From positions 660,001 to 692,000 of the forward strand of contig CP002278.1 of assembly GCA_000166095.1 (NCBI GenBank): a stretch of 32,000 nucleotides of DNA, given 5' to 3'. The position numbers and the translations under genes are program-made. Positions 1-11,504 of the stretch are shown here, piece by piece. The notes below the pieces were generated by a model. It searched no databases. It saw nothing but the letters and a program-made list of their open reading frames with translations, and had not been told where the DNA came from. Positions within the stretch are counted from its first letter, which is position 1, and every line of letters begins with the position of its first letter. The stretch comes from Methanothermus fervidus DSM 2088 (GTDB lineage Archaea > Methanobacteriota > Methanobacteria > DSM-2088 > Methanothermaceae).

Positions 1-65
1 TTCTTTTTCCATTCCCTATTGATGTCCCACCAAATTTAACAACTATTAGTGCCATTTATACACCA

Positions 66-257
66 TTAAGATGATCTTTGTTTCATAAGTTTTGTTATGT
101 AACCTGCTATTTTATTTCTCAAATGTTTTGTTTCTACGGTTGAAATTTCTTCTAAAACTGCCTTGTTTTCATCAAAATTGTCTGAAAACTTGTCTGGAAA
201 AGTTTCTATTAATTCTTTTGCAACTCTTTTTATCAACGCAGTTCTAATGTTTCCCAT
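66..257 (-). CDS. rps17e: 30S ribosomal protein S17e
   Basis: 63 aa; [24 protein letters not shown]...[15 protein letters not shown] matches the archaeal S17e signature ([17 protein letters not shown]). Confidence 0.93.
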   Translation of the reverse strand: MGNIRTALIKRVAKELIETFPDKFSDNFDENKAVLEEISTVETKHLRNKIAGYITKLMKQRSS

Positions 258-260
258 ACA

Positions 261-554
261 CTACCTCCCCATCACTTTTTTTTGTTCTTCTCTATTCATC
301 TCAGTTAATATCTTTACTATTTTTGTAATTTTCTTTTCATTAATTTTATTTTTTCTAGCAATCTTCCTTGCCTTATTTTCAATTTCTTTCTCCCTTATAG
401 GGTCTTCAATATCCATACCTAGTATCATTTTTGCTTTTGCTATTTTTTTGCCAAGGAGTGTTCTTTCACAGATAAGCTTCAAAATTTTTTTATCTAATAT
501 ATCTATTTGTTCTCTTGTTTCATTTAGAATTTTCTTTGCTTCCGATTTATCCAT
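261..554 (-). CDS. aroQ: Chorismate mutase, AroQ class
   Basis: 97 aa all-helical; IDxLDKKILKLICERTLLGKKIAKAK ... DPIREKEIENKARKIA typical AroQ fold motifs; overlaps shikimate kinase start by 1 nt. Confidence 0.85.
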   Translation of the reverse strand: MDKSEAKKILNETREQIDILDKKILKLICERTLLGKKIAKAKMILGMDIEDPIREKEIENKARKIARKNKINEKKITKIVKILTEMNREEQKKVMGR

Positions 555-1429
555 TAAATCACCTTTGTTCCTTCATTGTCAACTTCAGTTAATATTACTT
601 CGCCAGGATATGAATTCCATGCATCCACAACATTGTCAACTTTGTCATTGTCAACAATTGCAATGAAAGAAGGCCCTGTTCCTGAAAGCCCCGAAGCTAG
701 TGCACCAGCATCCAGTGCATCAAAAATTATATCTGTGTTGAATCCAAGTGCAGAGGAATAAAGTATACCATTCAATGTTAAAGCCTTATAAATATTTTTA
801 TTTAAAAGTTCTTTGAATGCAATATCTACCCATGGTGATATTAACTTCATTCTTTTTACATCTGCTTCAGCAGTGAAAGATTTTTTCTTAGGATTATATA
901 TTACTACTTTTTTTTCATCCATTTTACCTTTATATATTATTTCCCTTCTTAAATTATCTGTTATTGTTAATCCTCCAAAAAATGATGCTGTGGCATCGTC
1001 AAAAGCCCCTGTTATTGTCACTCCTGCTTCTAATGATGAATCGATTGCTAATTCTATAATATCCATATCATCTAATTTTTCTGTGTCAAATTCTTCTGAA
1101 ATTAATTCATATACTGCCAAAGTAACTGCATTTGATGCCGCACTACTACTTGATAAACCTGAAGCCACTGGAAGATTTGATTCAGTTTTTATTTTTAATC
1201 CTGTTTTTACCCCTAAACGTTCTAAAACTTTTTTTGCACAAATTTCCATTAGTTTTGTGTCAACTTTAGGTTTTGTACTACATTTAATACCAGAATTAAT
1301 TATTTTAGCTTCAGCAGTAACATAAAGTTTTATTCCAAATGCTGATCCTTTTCCTGTGGCGATAGCATTAATAACTGTTGCTGAACCAGGAGATTTCACC
1401 TTTTTCTTAATAGATATCCCTCCAAACAA
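554..1429 (-). CDS. aroK: Shikimate kinase, archaeal GHMP-family type
   Basis: 291 aa; [14 protein letters not shown] and GHMP motif [15 protein letters not shown]; adjacent to chorismate mutase. Confidence 0.92.
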   Translation of the reverse strand: MFGGISIKKKVKSPGSATVINAIATGKGSAFGIKLYVTAEAKIINSGIKCSTKPKVDTKLMEICAKKVLERLGVKTGLKIKTESNLPVASGLSSSSAASNAVTLAVYELISEEFDTEKLDDMDIIELAIDSSLEAGVTITGAFDDATASFFGGLTITDNLRREIIYKGKMDEKKVVIYNPKKKSFTAEADVKRMKLISPWVDIAFKELLNKNIYKALTLNGILYSSALGFNTDIIFDALDAGALASGLSGTGPSFIAIVDNDKVDNVVDAWNSYPGEVILTEVDNEGTKVI

Positions 1430-1486
1430 AAATTTTTTCTAGCTTATTATATCATAATTTAGGAATAAAGATTTAGAGGTGATAAT

Positions 1487-1750
1487 GTGGTAGTAAAAAT
1501 AGAGATATTTACATCTCCCACATGCCCTCATTGTCCATCAGCCATTGCATTAGCCGAAGAAATTAAAGAAGAATATGGTAACAAAGTTGAAATTGAAGAA
1601 ATAGATGTGATGGAAAATAGAGAAAAGGCAATAGAATATGGTTTGTTAGCAGTTCCTACAATAGCAATAAATGGAGAAGTTAAATTTGTTGGAACTCCTT
1701 CTAAAGAAGAATTTAAAAGAGCTATTGAAGAAGAATTAAAAAATGAATAA
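1487..1750 (+). CDS. Small thioredoxin/glutaredoxin-like protein (CPHC active site)
   Basis: 87 aa; EIFTSPTCPHCPSAIALAEEI...YGLLAVPTIAINGEVKFVG with cis-Pro loop; GTG start preceded by gaggtgat. Confidence 0.88.
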   Translation: MVVKIEIFTSPTCPHCPSAIALAEEIKEEYGNKVEIEEIDVMENREKAIEYGLLAVPTIAINGEVKFVGTPSKEEFKRAIEEELKNE

Positions 1751-2804
1751 AAGTAAGATAGGAATAACAACGGGTAGTGCAGCCACTGCAGCTGCAACTG
1801 CTTGTATTTTATTTTTAAAAAAATCTAAAAAACCTAAAATTGTAAATATTGATGCACCTGTAGGTAAATTAAAAATTGAAATAAAAAGTATAAAAAAAAT
1901 ATCTAAAAATGAAGCTGAAGCTTTAGTTGTCAAGAAAAAATATCCAGATCCTGATGTAACGATTGGACTTGAAATAGGAGCTAGAGTGAAACTTATAAAT
2001 GAAAATAAGATAATTATTAAAGGTGGAAAAGGAGTAGGAATAGTAACTAAGCCAGGATTGCCAGTTCCTGTTGGTGAACATGCAATAAATCCTGTACCTA
2101 GGAAAATGATTAAAAAAAATTTAAAAAAATTCCTTGAACAAAATGAGGGTGCAATAGTCACAATATTTGTACCTAAAGGAAAAGAGGTTGCACAAAAAAC
2201 TATGAATCCAAAGTTGGGAATTAAAAATGGGATATCAATCCTTGGAACAAAAGGCATTGCACGACCAATGTCATCTAAAGCATATAAAAAATCTTTATCT
2301 TATCAAATTGATGTTGCAATAGCACAAGGATTTGAAGAATTGTATTTTGTGCCAGGAAATATTGGTGAAAAAATTGCTTTAAATAAATTTAAAGTTGAAA
2401 AAGACAGAATTGTACAAACTAGTAACTTCATTGGTTATATGTTGAATGAAGCCTCTAAAAAAGGAGTAAAAAATATTGTACTGTTGGGGCATGCTGGAAA
2501 ATTGGTGAAAATTGCTGGAGGAATATTTAATACACACAGTAAAGTTGCCGATGCTAGAAGGGAAATAATAGCTGCTTATGCAGCGTTAGCAGGGGCATCA
2601 AAAGTTCTTGTAAAGAAAATATTTAAATCTAAAACTACTGAAGAAATGATAAAATACTTAGAGAAAGCTGGAATCAGAGAAAAAGTTTTTAATTATATTG
2701 CAAAATCAATAAAGAAGAGATGCGAAGACAGATATCCATTAAAAGTCAAAGTTATAATAACAGACATGAAAGGAAGAGTTCTTAATAGTGTTAAGGGTGT
2801 GTAG
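1743..2804 (+). CDS. cbiD: Cobalt-precorrin-5B (C1)-methyltransferase CbiD
   Basis: 353 aa; GITTGSAATAAATA...PDPDVTIG...GKGVGIVTKPGLPVPVGEHAINPVPRKMI, FVPGNIGE typical CbiD. Confidence 0.92.
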   Translation: MNKSKIGITTGSAATAAATACILFLKKSKKPKIVNIDAPVGKLKIEIKSIKKISKNEAEALVVKKKYPDPDVTIGLEIGARVKLINENKIIIKGGKGVGIVTKPGLPVPVGEHAINPVPRKMIKKNLKKFLEQNEGAIVTIFVPKGKEVAQKTMNPKLGIKNGISILGTKGIARPMSSKAYKKSLSYQIDVAIAQGFEELYFVPGNIGEKIALNKFKVEKDRIVQTSNFIGYMLNEASKKGVKNIVLLGHAGKLVKIAGGIFNTHSKVADARREIIAAYAALAGASKVLVKKIFKSKTTEEMIKYLEKAGIREKVFNYIAKSIKKRCEDRYPLKVKVIITDMKGRVLNSVKGV

Positions 2805-3893
2805 ATGAAAATATGTTTAATAGGTCAATATCCTCCACATGTTGGCGGAGTAGCTTCCCATGTTCATTTTTTATCAAACATGCTTAAAAACAAAGGTCAT
2901 GAGGTATTTGTAATAACCTATCCACACAAAAACTTGAAATCTAATAATGTTAAGCAAGCTCCAACAATTAATATTAAAGGATTAAGAGGATTGATATTCA
3001 CATTGACAGCAACGATTATGGCTCTCTATCTCATAGTGAAGGAAGATATTGATATAATACATTCACATTATCTATTGCCTCCTGGATTAGTAGGATATTT
3101 AGCATCTAAGATAACAGGTAAACCTCATTATGTAACTGTACATGGATCTGATGCTTTAATCTTATCATCTAACAGATTTTTAAGAATTTTGATTAAAATG
3201 ATTTTACAAGATGCAGAAAATGTTCTAGTTGTTAGCAAAACATTAAAAAACAAAATTTTGGAAATTATAGAGGATGAAAAAAAAGTAGTAATAACAGGCA
3301 ATGCTGTAGATTTAAAGACTTTTAATCCAAACATCAAAACAACATTTAAAGATGAATTAAAAATAAAAAAACCCATAATTTTATTTGTTGGGAATTTAGT
3401 ACCTCAAAAAGGTTTACAATATTTATTAAAAGCAAAAAAATTGGTTAAAACACCATCAACCCTTGTCATTGTAGGAGATGGCCCTTGCCTTAATCAACTG
3501 AAAAAAATGGTTAAAGAAGAAAAAATTAAAGATGTGGTATTTACAGGTGTAAGGCATGATATAAATAATGTAATGGCTGCTGCAGATCTTGTAGTCCTTC
3601 CTTCTATTTCAGAAAGCTTTGGACTAGCTTTGTTAGAAGCTATGGCCTGTGGAAAACCAGTTGTGGCAACCAAAGTTGGTGGTATCAAAGAAATAGTAAC
3701 TGAAGATGTTGGATTGTTAGTTAATCCTCGTGATCCTAAAGCCTTGGCAAATGCTATAGATTATATACTTAAAAATGAAAAGAAAAAAAAGGAAATGGGA
3801 AAAAATGCTAGGAAAATAGCTATAAAATATTCAAAGATTTATGTCCCTTATCTAGGTGAAAAAGATGAAAAAGGTTCAAATGGTAGAAATTAG
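2805..3893 (+). CDS. Glycosyltransferase family 4 (group 1)
   Basis: 362 aa; [14 protein letters not shown]...[12 protein letters not shown]...[14 protein letters not shown]...[30 protein letters not shown]. Confidence 0.92.
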   Translation: MKICLIGQYPPHVGGVASHVHFLSNMLKNKGHEVFVITYPHKNLKSNNVKQAPTINIKGLRGLIFTLTATIMALYLIVKEDIDIIHSHYLLPPGLVGYLASKITGKPHYVTVHGSDALILSSNRFLRILIKMILQDAENVLVVSKTLKNKILEIIEDEKKVVITGNAVDLKTFNPNIKTTFKDELKIKKPIILFVGNLVPQKGLQYLLKAKKLVKTPSTLVIVGDGPCLNQLKKMVKEEKIKDVVFTGVRHDINNVMAAADLVVLPSISESFGLALLEAMACGKPVVATKVGGIKEIVTEDVGLLVNPRDPKALANAIDYILKNEKKKKEMGKNARKIAIKYSKIYVPYLGEKDEKGSNGRN

Positions 3894-4311
3894 GGAAAAA
3901 CCTGTAGTTTATAGGTCTGCTATTGCATCAGGAGAAATATTTTTAAAAGAAAAAACAATCAAGGCAATAAAAAATAATAAAATTAAAAAAGGAGATGTAT
4001 TGACAACTGCACAAATTGCAGCTATAAACGCTGTTAAAAATACTCCATCAATAATACCACTTTGTCATCCAATTCAAATCACTGGCGTTGACTTAGATTT
4101 TGAAATAAAAAAAGATAAAATAAAAGTTAATGTTAAGGTCACATCAGAAGGAAAAACTGGCGTTGAAATGGAAGCACTCACTGGAGTTAGTGCTGCACTT
4201 CTAACTATTTGGGACATGGTAAAAAGTGTGGAAAAAGATGAAAAAGGTCAATACCCAACTACAAAAATATCCAATATAAAGGTGGTTGAAAAAAGAAAGG
4301 AGAAAAAGTGA
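3856..4311 (+). CDS. moaC: Cyclic pyranopterin monophosphate synthase MoaC
   Basis: 151 aa; [33 protein letters not shown] and [23 protein letters not shown]; overlaps the upstream gene by 38 nt. Confidence 0.94.
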   Translation: MKKMKKVQMVEIREKPVVYRSAIASGEIFLKEKTIKAIKNNKIKKGDVLTTAQIAAINAVKNTPSIIPLCHPIQITGVDLDFEIKKDKIKVNVKVTSEGKTGVEMEALTGVSAALLTIWDMVKSVEKDEKGQYPTTKISNIKVVEKRKEKK

Positions 4312-6317
4312 TGAAAAATATCTTAAAAATTCTAAAAAATTGTTACCCTTATTTAAAAGATTTTAACCCAGCGCAAAAAGCTGCACTAAAGAGTGGTTTT
4401 CTTGAAAAAGATAAAAACTATGTAATTGCGATGCCAACAGCTAGTGGAAAAACATTGCTTGGTATCTTAGCAGCTTTAAAAGTTATAAATAATGGTGGAA
4501 AAGTAATTTATCTTGTACCTCTTATTTCACTACAAAACGAAAAATTACAAGAATTCAAAAAACTTGAAAATCATGCTAAAATTAAAATAGGTCGAGATCC
4601 TAGATATTCTGATTTGTCTGTCATGATATATGAATCATTTGACATTTTAACACGTACATATCCAGAAATTTTAAGTGATGTAGATTTGTTGGTTGTGGAT
4701 GAATTTCACATGCTTGGTGATTATTCAAGAGGACCCATACTTGAATGTGCTATCACAAAAGCAAAAAAATTGAATCCAGGAATAAGAATTATTGCCTTAT
4801 CAGCCACTCTTAAAAACATGCATGAAATTGCTAAATGGTTAGATGCAGAAGTGTTTGAACATGATTATAGACCAGTTCCTTTGCATAAAGATGTGTTAGT
4901 GGTAGAGAATCACAATGTTAGAAATAAAAACGATCTAGTTTTTAAGCTACTTAAAAAAAGTAGACAAATGCTAGTTTTTGTTTCAACAAGAAGATTTACA
5001 GAATCATTGGCAAATTATGTAGCTAAAAAATTGCAAAATAGGGAAAAGTTTGAAAAAATTGCCAAAAAAATTTTAGAAGTCCCAAAGAGTAAAGGTTCAC
5101 CGCCAACACCTACATGTAAAAAACTTGCGAAATGTGTAAAAAAAGGAGTGGCTTTCCACCATGCTGGATTGTTTAATGAGCAAAGATCAATCATAGAAGA
5201 AGAATTTAAAAAAGGTAACCTTTTAATGATCACTGCAACACCAACATTAATGTATGGTGTTAATCTTCCATCACAAGTTGTAGTTATAAGAGATTATAAA
5301 CGTTGGACACCAACAGGTATTCAAAACATTCCTATATTTGATTATGAACAAATGTCAGGAAGGGCTGGAAGACCTCAATATGATAAAAAAGGATATTCTT
5401 ATTTAATAGCTAAAACTAATGAGGAAGCAGAAAAACTTTATGAATATTATATAGAGGGAGATATAGAAGAAACAAGGTCTCAATTACTTGATAATAAAGA
5501 TTCTCTTTGTAAACAAATAATAGGTCAAATTGCTTCTGGATGCAGGGATATAAATGATATCATAGAATTTTTCTCAGATACATTTTGTGGATATCAAATC
5601 AAAAAATTTAGTTATGATGCTTTAGAATATGAAATTGAAGATGCTTTAGATTTTCTATTAGATTCAGATCTAATAAAAATGACATCTGCTGGATTCAAAA
5701 TTACAAAATTAGGAGAATTAGCTTCAAAATCTAATTATTCTGTGGAAACCGTTGTAAAATTGAAGGAATTTGTAGAAAATACAGCAGATCTAAATATAAA
5801 TAACTTGATTTATGAATTATCACAAACTCCTGACTTACCATTAATATCCTTTAAGAATTATAACTATAAAGACCGTGTAAAGGAAAAATTATTAGAAAAT
5901 GAAATATTTGTTTGGGATGTAGGAAATAGAGAAGCCACTGCAGCTTCTCTAATTGAATGGGTGAATGAAAAAACTGAATATGAAATTGAAAACTTTTTTG
6001 GTGTTTATGGAGGATCTGTACGCAGGGCTGCATATGAAGCTTCAAAACTTTCCAAATTTCTTAAAGATATTTGTGAAGCGATAAATATATACAAATATTC
6101 TCATGATCTAGAAAAATATTCGGCAAGGCTTTATTATGGCGTAAAAGAGGATATTTTACATTTAGTAGTTAGAGTTAAAGGGTTAGGTAGAAGAAGGGCA
6201 AGAAAAATTTTCAACATGTTTGGCGATGATATTGCATCAGTCAGTGAAAAAGAACTTCAAAAAGTTGAAGGAATTGGTCCTAAATTAGCCTCTGCAATAA
6301 AAAAGGCATTCAGGTGA
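4308..6317 (+). CDS. Ski2/Hel308-like superfamily 2 helicase
   Basis: 669 aa; FNPAQKAAL, Walker [13 protein letters not shown] box, [30 protein letters not shown]-terminal helix-hairpin-helix [12 protein letters not shown]. Confidence 0.9.
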   Translation: MMKNILKILKNCYPYLKDFNPAQKAALKSGFLEKDKNYVIAMPTASGKTLLGILAALKVINNGGKVIYLVPLISLQNEKLQEFKKLENHAKIKIGRDPRYSDLSVMIYESFDILTRTYPEILSDVDLLVVDEFHMLGDYSRGPILECAITKAKKLNPGIRIIALSATLKNMHEIAKWLDAEVFEHDYRPVPLHKDVLVVENHNVRNKNDLVFKLLKKSRQMLVFVSTRRFTESLANYVAKKLQNREKFEKIAKKILEVPKSKGSPPTPTCKKLAKCVKKGVAFHHAGLFNEQRSIIEEEFKKGNLLMITATPTLMYGVNLPSQVVVIRDYKRWTPTGIQNIPIFDYEQMSGRAGRPQYDKKGYSYLIAKTNEEAEKLYEYYIEGDIEETRSQLLDNKDSLCKQIIGQIASGCRDINDIIEFFSDTFCGYQIKKFSYDALEYEIEDALDFLLDSDLIKMTSAGFKITKLGELASKSNYSVETVVKLKEFVENTADLNINNLIYELSQTPDLPLISFKNYNYKDRVKEKLLENEIFVWDVGNREATAASLIEWVNEKTEYEIENFFGVYGGSVRRAAYEASKLSKFLKDICEAINIYKYSHDLEKYSARLYYGVKEDILHLVVRVKGLGRRRARKIFNMFGDDIASVSEKELQKVEGIGPKLASAIKKAFR

Positions 6318-6414
6318 TAATCTGTTAAATATTAACTTTTCAGAAAAAATATCAAAAAGAAAATTATTACACATCCTAAAAAAAGCTTCAAGGAAAGTCA
6401 GTGTAAATGATCTC

Positions 6415-6843
6415 ATGAATGCGAGTGTTTTTTTAAATGAAGAAATTAAGTATATGCACAAGCAAGAAAAAAAGGAATATATAAGGAGATTTATGCATGC
6501 TTTTTTCATGAGATTAAATGAATTGAAAAACGATAAAAAAAGATATGAGGGGTCTGTAGATATTAAAAAACTAAAAGAGCTCGTTGATTTTATGGAAAAT
6601 AAAATAAAAAATTCTAAATCTGAAAAAGAACGTAGTTTTTATAAAATAGCGGCTATTGTTTCTATTTATGCTACATTTGTCAAAGAGGTGCCAATACATC
6701 CTCTAAGTACAAAGTTTCCTGGCAACTTAAAGATAAGATATAGGAAAGGTAAATATCTTTGTCCTGTAAAGGATAAACAAAAAGAAAGCCCTGAAGCATT
6801 GTGTAAATTTTGCGTTGCTGTACAGGATGAAAGTGTACTGTAA
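6415..6843 (+). CDS. UPF0305 / DUF2115 family protein (true start probably upstream)
   Basis: 142 aa; VPIHPLSTKFPGN...GKYLCPVKDKQKESPEALCKFCVAVQ resembles UPF0305 C-terminal motif; see finding about the in-frame 5' extension. Confidence 0.65.
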   Translation: MNASVFLNEEIKYMHKQEKKEYIRRFMHAFFMRLNELKNDKKRYEGSVDIKKLKELVDFMENKIKNSKSEKERSFYKIAAIVSIYATFVKEVPIHPLSTKFPGNLKIRYRKGKYLCPVKDKQKESPEALCKFCVAVQDESVL

Positions 6844-6852
6844 ATATTGTTT

Positions 6853-7155
6853 TTAACCTCCACCATCACATACTTCTGAACTAACATCTACTTCTTCTAG
6901 TTCTTCACGCATTTTCTTCAATTTTTTAATTTGTTCTTTTATTTCTGGTTTAACTTTTCTTTTCTCTTCGTATTCTTCTTTTCCAATGACTTCAAGATAT
7001 TTACTATTATACCAAAGGTCATTCTTATCTAATTTTACCCATCCTACATTATTTTCAACTTTTATTGCTGATACTTCACCAGTGGTCCCAGTGCCTGTAT
7101 ATCTGACTATTGAACCAATTGTTATTGTTTTACCTTTTTTGTCAACAACTTCCAT
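6853..7155 (-). CDS. DUF2098-like small protein
   Basis: 100 aa; ITIGSIVRYTGTGTTGEVSAIKVENNVGWVKLDKNDLWYNSKYLEVI pattern. Confidence 0.65.
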   Translation of the reverse strand: MEVVDKKGKTITIGSIVRYTGTGTTGEVSAIKVENNVGWVKLDKNDLWYNSKYLEVIGKEEYEEKRKVKPEIKEQIKKLKKMREELEEVDVSSEVCDGGG

Positions 7156-7165
7156 CCTTCCACTC

Positions 7166-7441
7166 CTATTCTGTTTTTTCTAAAGTTACCTTTTTAGCCT
7201 CTTCTTTTTCTTCTACCTCTAATTCCTTAGGTTTAACTCCTAAAATAACATAATCACCTATTGTGTTTACATCTTCTATTTTAACTGGGAAAGTCTTAGG
7301 TTTAAATGATAAACCGGCTTTAGAAACAATTAAATAATCAATAGTCCCTGTAGAAGTGTCTATTTCTATATCTGCTATTTTTCCAACTTCGTTAGCATCT
7401 TTATCAATAACTTTTTTACCTAAAAGTTCGCTTGCTCTCAT
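7166..7441 (-). CDS. PRC-barrel domain protein
   Basis: 91 aa; SELLGKKVIDKDANEVGKIADIEIDTSTGTIDYLIV...VKIEDVNTIGDYVILG. Confidence 0.88.
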   Translation of the reverse strand: MRASELLGKKVIDKDANEVGKIADIEIDTSTGTIDYLIVSKAGLSFKPKTFPVKIEDVNTIGDYVILGVKPKELEVEEKEEAKKVTLEKTE

Positions 7442-7491
7442 CTTCCCACCTCCCAGTTTAATTATATGTGTAATTTAACCATATATAATGC

Positions 7492-9087
7492 ATGATGATA
7501 AAGAAAGCATGTCGCTACATAATAAAGCAAGTAAAGGAAGGAAAAGTTAAAAATAAAGATGAATTGGAAATTGTTAAGCGTAAAGCATGCAAAAAATTTG
7601 GCATAAAAAAATTTGTTAGCAATTCTGAAATTTTAAAATATGCTACCCAAGAAGAGAAAGAAATAATTGCTCCCATCATACGTAAGAAACCAGTTAGGAC
7701 AATATCCGGTGTTGCAGTTGTAGCAGTAATGTGTCACCCAACACCTTGCCCACATGGAAAATGCCTATACTGTCCACAAAGTACTAAAGCTCCACCAAGT
7801 TATACTGGAGAAGAACCTGCTGCTCTCAGGGCACGTAGACATAAGTATGATCCATATAGACAAGTCAAAGATAGATTAGATCAATTAAAGAGCATAGGAC
7901 ATCCGATTGATAAAGTAGAATTAATAATTATGGGTGGAACCTTTCCAGCCCATGATTTATGTTATCAAGAGTGGTTTGTATCACGGTGTTTACAAGCAAT
8001 GAATGAATTTGGATCTAAAAAAGAGAAAAAAGAATTTCAATATTTAGAAGACATTCAAAAAATTAATGAAAAATCAAAGGTTAGATGTGTAGGAATGACT
8101 GTTGAAACTAGACCAGATTACTCCAAAGAGGAAGATGTAGACAGAATGTTGTCATTTGGGGTAACTAGGGTAGAATTGGGAGTACAGACAATATACAATT
8201 ATATATATCATAGAGTTAAAAGAGGACATGACATTAAAGATGTTATAGAAGCAAATAGGATTTTAAGAGATTCTGGATTAAAAGTGGGAATGCATATAAT
8301 GCCTGGGTTATTTGCAGATGAAGAAAAAGATTTAAGAATATTTAAAAGATTATTTTCTGATCCTTCTTTTAGACCAGATATGTTGAAGATATATCCATGT
8401 TTAGTAACAAAAGAAAGTGAATTATATGAGTTATGGAAGAGAGGAGAGTATAGACCATATAATACAGAAGAAGCTGTCGAATTGATTGTAAAAATAAAAA
8501 AATTACTACCAAAATGGGTTAGAACGATGCGAATACAACGTGACATACCTTCACCATTAATTGTAGACGGTGTTAAAAAATCAAATTTAGGAGAGTTAGT
8601 TTACAGAAAATTAAAAGAAGAAGGTGTCAGATGCAAATGTATTAGATGTCGTGAAATAGGTCATAGAATGAAGGAAGGTGTCATGCCAGAGGAGGACAAT
8701 ATAAAAATTTTCAAAGAAGAATATAAAGCTGCAGATGGCAAAGAAATATTTATTTCTCATGAGGATAAAGAAAATGACGTATTAGTTGGATTTTTACGTT
8801 TAAGAATTCCTTCCAAAAAAGCCCATCGGAAGGAAATAGATGAAAACACGGCTATAGTCCGTGAATTGCATGTTTATGGACCTATGGTCCCTATTGGTAA
8901 AAAATCGAAAATGATTGGACAACATAGAGGTTATGGAGAAGAATTACTTAAATTTGCTGAAAATATAGCATTAAAACGTGGAAAAAACAAAATAGTTATC
9001 ACTAGTGGTATAGGTGTTCGAGATTATTATCGAAATTTTGGTTATAAACGTGAAGGTCCTTACATGGCAAAGATTCTTGATCAGTAA
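7492..9087 (+). CDS. elp3: Elp3 family radical SAM / GNAT tRNA uridine(34) acetyltransferase
   Basis: 531 aa; [15 protein letters not shown] radical SAM cluster, [14 protein letters not shown]-terminal acetyltransferase [15 protein letters not shown]...[13 protein letters not shown]. Confidence 0.94.
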   Translation: MMIKKACRYIIKQVKEGKVKNKDELEIVKRKACKKFGIKKFVSNSEILKYATQEEKEIIAPIIRKKPVRTISGVAVVAVMCHPTPCPHGKCLYCPQSTKAPPSYTGEEPAALRARRHKYDPYRQVKDRLDQLKSIGHPIDKVELIIMGGTFPAHDLCYQEWFVSRCLQAMNEFGSKKEKKEFQYLEDIQKINEKSKVRCVGMTVETRPDYSKEEDVDRMLSFGVTRVELGVQTIYNYIYHRVKRGHDIKDVIEANRILRDSGLKVGMHIMPGLFADEEKDLRIFKRLFSDPSFRPDMLKIYPCLVTKESELYELWKRGEYRPYNTEEAVELIVKIKKLLPKWVRTMRIQRDIPSPLIVDGVKKSNLGELVYRKLKEEGVRCKCIRCREIGHRMKEGVMPEEDNIKIFKEEYKAADGKEIFISHEDKENDVLVGFLRLRIPSKKAHRKEIDENTAIVRELHVYGPMVPIGKKSKMIGQHRGYGEELLKFAENIALKRGKNKIVITSGIGVRDYYRNFGYKREGPYMAKILDQ

Positions 9088-10221
9088 TTAAATATTTGGA
9101 ATAGCTGACAATGGTCTTATGTTGTTATAAAGAGTATCTCTTAATGCTGGTATACGTCCTAAATTTTCTACTATTCTTCTTAAATTACTTACGTCAGTTT
9201 TAGTACCATGAGGAGACCCTGCAGACCTTGATATATTTTCTTCTCCAAGAGTTCCACCTAAATCGTTAGCACCTGCCATTAAACAAAATTGTGCAAATTT
9301 AAAACCAAGTTTCACCCATGACACTTGTATATTTTTTATTAGGTCATGGAACATTAATCTGGAGACTGCATAAACTTTAAGGTCCTCGATGCCAGTTGCA
9401 CCAGGCCTTGCGTCTCCAGAAAGATATAGAGGAGATTTTGCATGCATAAAAGTTAATGGTACAAATTCTGTAAACCCACCTGTTTCTTCTTGTATGTCTC
9501 TCAATATTTTGAGGTGCTTAACAATATTTTCCATGTTTTCTACATGTCCATACATCATTGTAGATGTTGTAGGTATTCCAAGCTTATGAGCTGTCTTAAT
9601 TATGTATATCCATTGCTCTGTAGTTATTTTACTTGGACAAATTTTTCTCCTTACTTTGTTATCTAATATTTCTGCTGCAGTTCCAGGCATAGACCCCAAT
9701 CCTGCCCTTTTAAGAATTTTCAAAGTTTTTTTAATGGATAATTCTGAATTTTTAGACACATAGTATATTTCCATTGGTGAAAATGCATGAATATGGAGCT
9801 CAGGATAATTATCTTTTATTTCTTTTATGAGTTCTTCATAGAAGTTAATATCTAAATTGGGATGTAAAGCTCCCTGAATACAGACTTCTTCAACACCGCT
9901 CTCAACAGCTTTTCTAACGACCTTTAGTATCTCTGGAATATCCATAAAATATGCTTCAGGATCTCCATCTTTTTTACGAAATGCACAAAATCTACAATTT
10001 CCAACACATATGTTTGTGAAGTTTATATTCCAATTTTTAATAAAAGTCACAATGTCTCCAACAATTTTTTTCCTTACTTTATCAGCTGTAATTAAAAGAG
10101 CATATAGTTCATCTCCACGCAAATTCATTAAATACATAGCTTCTTCTACAGTTATTTGCCTATAAAAAGATTCTTCCAAAATTTCTTTTGTTTTTGGTCT
10201 TATAGTTAGATTATTCAACAT
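9088..10221 (-). CDS. cofH: CofH, FO synthase subunit 2 (5-amino-6-(D-ribitylamino)uracil--tyrosine transferase); ORF track start at 10293 probably too long
   Basis: NRNI-type [29 protein letters not shown] radical SAM motif, [53 protein letters not shown]. Family-like N-terminus [18 protein letters not shown] begins at codon 25 of the track ORF. Confidence 0.9.
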   Translation of the reverse strand: MLNNLTIRPKTKEILEESFYRQITVEEAMYLMNLRGDELYALLITADKVRKKIVGDIVTFIKNWNINFTNICVGNCRFCAFRKKDGDPEAYFMDIPEILKVVRKAVESGVEEVCIQGALHPNLDINFYEELIKEIKDNYPELHIHAFSPMEIYYVSKNSELSIKKTLKILKRAGLGSMPGTAAEILDNKVRRKICPSKITTEQWIYIIKTAHKLGIPTTSTMMYGHVENMENIVKHLKILRDIQEETGGFTEFVPLTFMHAKSPLYLSGDARPGATGIEDLKVYAVSRLMFHDLIKNIQVSWVKLGFKFAQFCLMAGANDLGGTLGEENISRSAGSPHGTKTDVSNLRRIVENLGRIPALRDTLYNNIRPLSAIPNI

Positions 10222-10297
10222 ACATAAGTTATTTAAATTGAAAACTTTATATAAATTTATTTGAAACCTCAGATAAGATTTAAATAATATCAAGAAA

Positions 10298-11329
10298 GTG
10301 GTGTTTAACTTGGATATTGAAAAGAGTTTGAGTCCATTAGCAAGCTTTTTGAATAAATTTGTACCAAAAAAATTATTATTACATGTCCAAGAAAGCTTGG
10401 TACGCTGCGGAATATATATGAAAGCTTCTTATTTTCTTTCTTTATTGTTTATATTGAGTGCTATTTCAGCTGTAGTTGCAACAATGCTTGCAATAATATT
10501 AAATTTTAATATAATTTTGGCAGTTTTAGCAGGGATTTTAGCACCTTTTGCTGCTGCATTTGCTGCATTGTATATTATAGCAGAGAGAAGAAGAGGAACA
10601 ATAGAAGAAAGTACTCCTGATTTTTTAACACAATTAGCATCAGAACTTCGTGCAGGAATTTCATTGGAAAGTGCTATAGATGATTTAACAAAATATGGTG
10701 AAGGTCCTCTTTATGATGAACTAAAGAGAACCGCAATTGAAATAAAGATGGGTAGAAGCTTTGAAAGTTCATTGATAGCAATGGCCAATAGATTGAAATC
10801 TGAACAACTTAACAGAACATTTAGAATGATATCTGAGGGTCGTAGGGCTGGAGCCTCATTGTCACGAGTATTAGAATCTGTAGCTGAAGATTTAAGACAA
10901 GTTTTAGCCCTAAAAAGAGAAAGAAAATCAAATGTCATGATGTATGCAATGTTTTTCCTTATAGCAGGACTCATTGGCGCTCCATTAGTTGTAGGATTAA
11001 TATCAATTGTTATAAGATTTTTCATAGACTTATATTCTGCTTCAGGAGCAATTGCTGGCATGACACTTGTAGGAAATGTACAGCAGAGGCTTGTTAATTT
11101 AAGAGATCCTATTCAAATTGCATGTGGTGGTTATGTAGCAATACATGCATTTCTTGGAGGTATATTGTTAGGAACTGTGATGTATGGTGATCCTAAAAAA
11201 GGTTTAAAATATTCAATACCTATGGCTTTAGTTGCATTTGTAATTTATTATTTCATAAGTACAACCGGCTATGATCTCATAAGTTCATTTGGTGGAGGAT
11301 TTAAAGGTGCATATAGTTATAGCAGATGA
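10298..11329 (+). CDS. TadC/ArlJ-like type IV pilus assembly membrane protein (T2SS F domain)
   Basis: 343 aa; multiple TM segments plus [30 protein letters not shown]...[33 protein letters not shown] typical T2SSF/TadC. Confidence 0.85.
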   Translation: MVFNLDIEKSLSPLASFLNKFVPKKLLLHVQESLVRCGIYMKASYFLSLLFILSAISAVVATMLAIILNFNIILAVLAGILAPFAAAFAALYIIAERRRGTIEESTPDFLTQLASELRAGISLESAIDDLTKYGEGPLYDELKRTAIEIKMGRSFESSLIAMANRLKSEQLNRTFRMISEGRRAGASLSRVLESVAEDLRQVLALKRERKSNVMMYAMFFLIAGLIGAPLVVGLISIVIRFFIDLYSASGAIAGMTLVGNVQQRLVNLRDPIQIACGGYVAIHAFLGGILLGTVMYGDPKKGLKYSIPMALVAFVIYYFISTTGYDLISSFGGGFKGAYSYSR

Positions 11330-11504
11330 AAAAGGGCAAAGTAGTGCAGAATATATACTTCTTATAGCAGGAGTATTGGGGATAGTGTTAATAGTTCTTT
11401 ATGCATCTATCTCATACATGAATGAAGTTAAAACTGGGACATTTAATGCCACAAATAATACAACGATTTGGAGTAGTTTAAAAGATAAATTTAAAAATTG
11501 GTGA
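11307..11504 (+). CDS. Class III signal peptide-containing pilin-like protein (DUF361 type)
   Basis: Short leader ending ADEKG then QSSAEYILLIAGVLGIVLIVLYASISYM (KG|QxSxEY cleavage signature). Track start is TTG 11289; GTG at 11292 or 11307 are alternatives; overlaps the TadC-like gene. Confidence 0.8.
   Translation: MHIVIADEKGQSSAEYILLIAGVLGIVLIVLYASISYMNEVKTGTFNATNNTTIWSSLKDKFKNW

Noticed and set aside
163-666. 167-aa + strand ORF over rps17e/chorismate mutase
   Set aside because: Low-complexity F/I/S-rich translation antisense to two well-supported genes.
813-1325. 170-aa + strand ORF antisense to shikimate kinase
   Set aside because: Shadow ORF; no family-like motifs and fully covered by aroK.
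1736-2257. 173-aa minus ORF inside cbiD
   Set aside because: Antisense shadow of a conserved CbiD coding sequence.
10222-10293. N-terminal 24 residues of the CofH track ORF ([24 protein letters not shown])
   Set aside because: Not CofH-like; lies in the AT-rich divergent promoter region. Start at 10221 ([14 protein letters not shown]) preferred.
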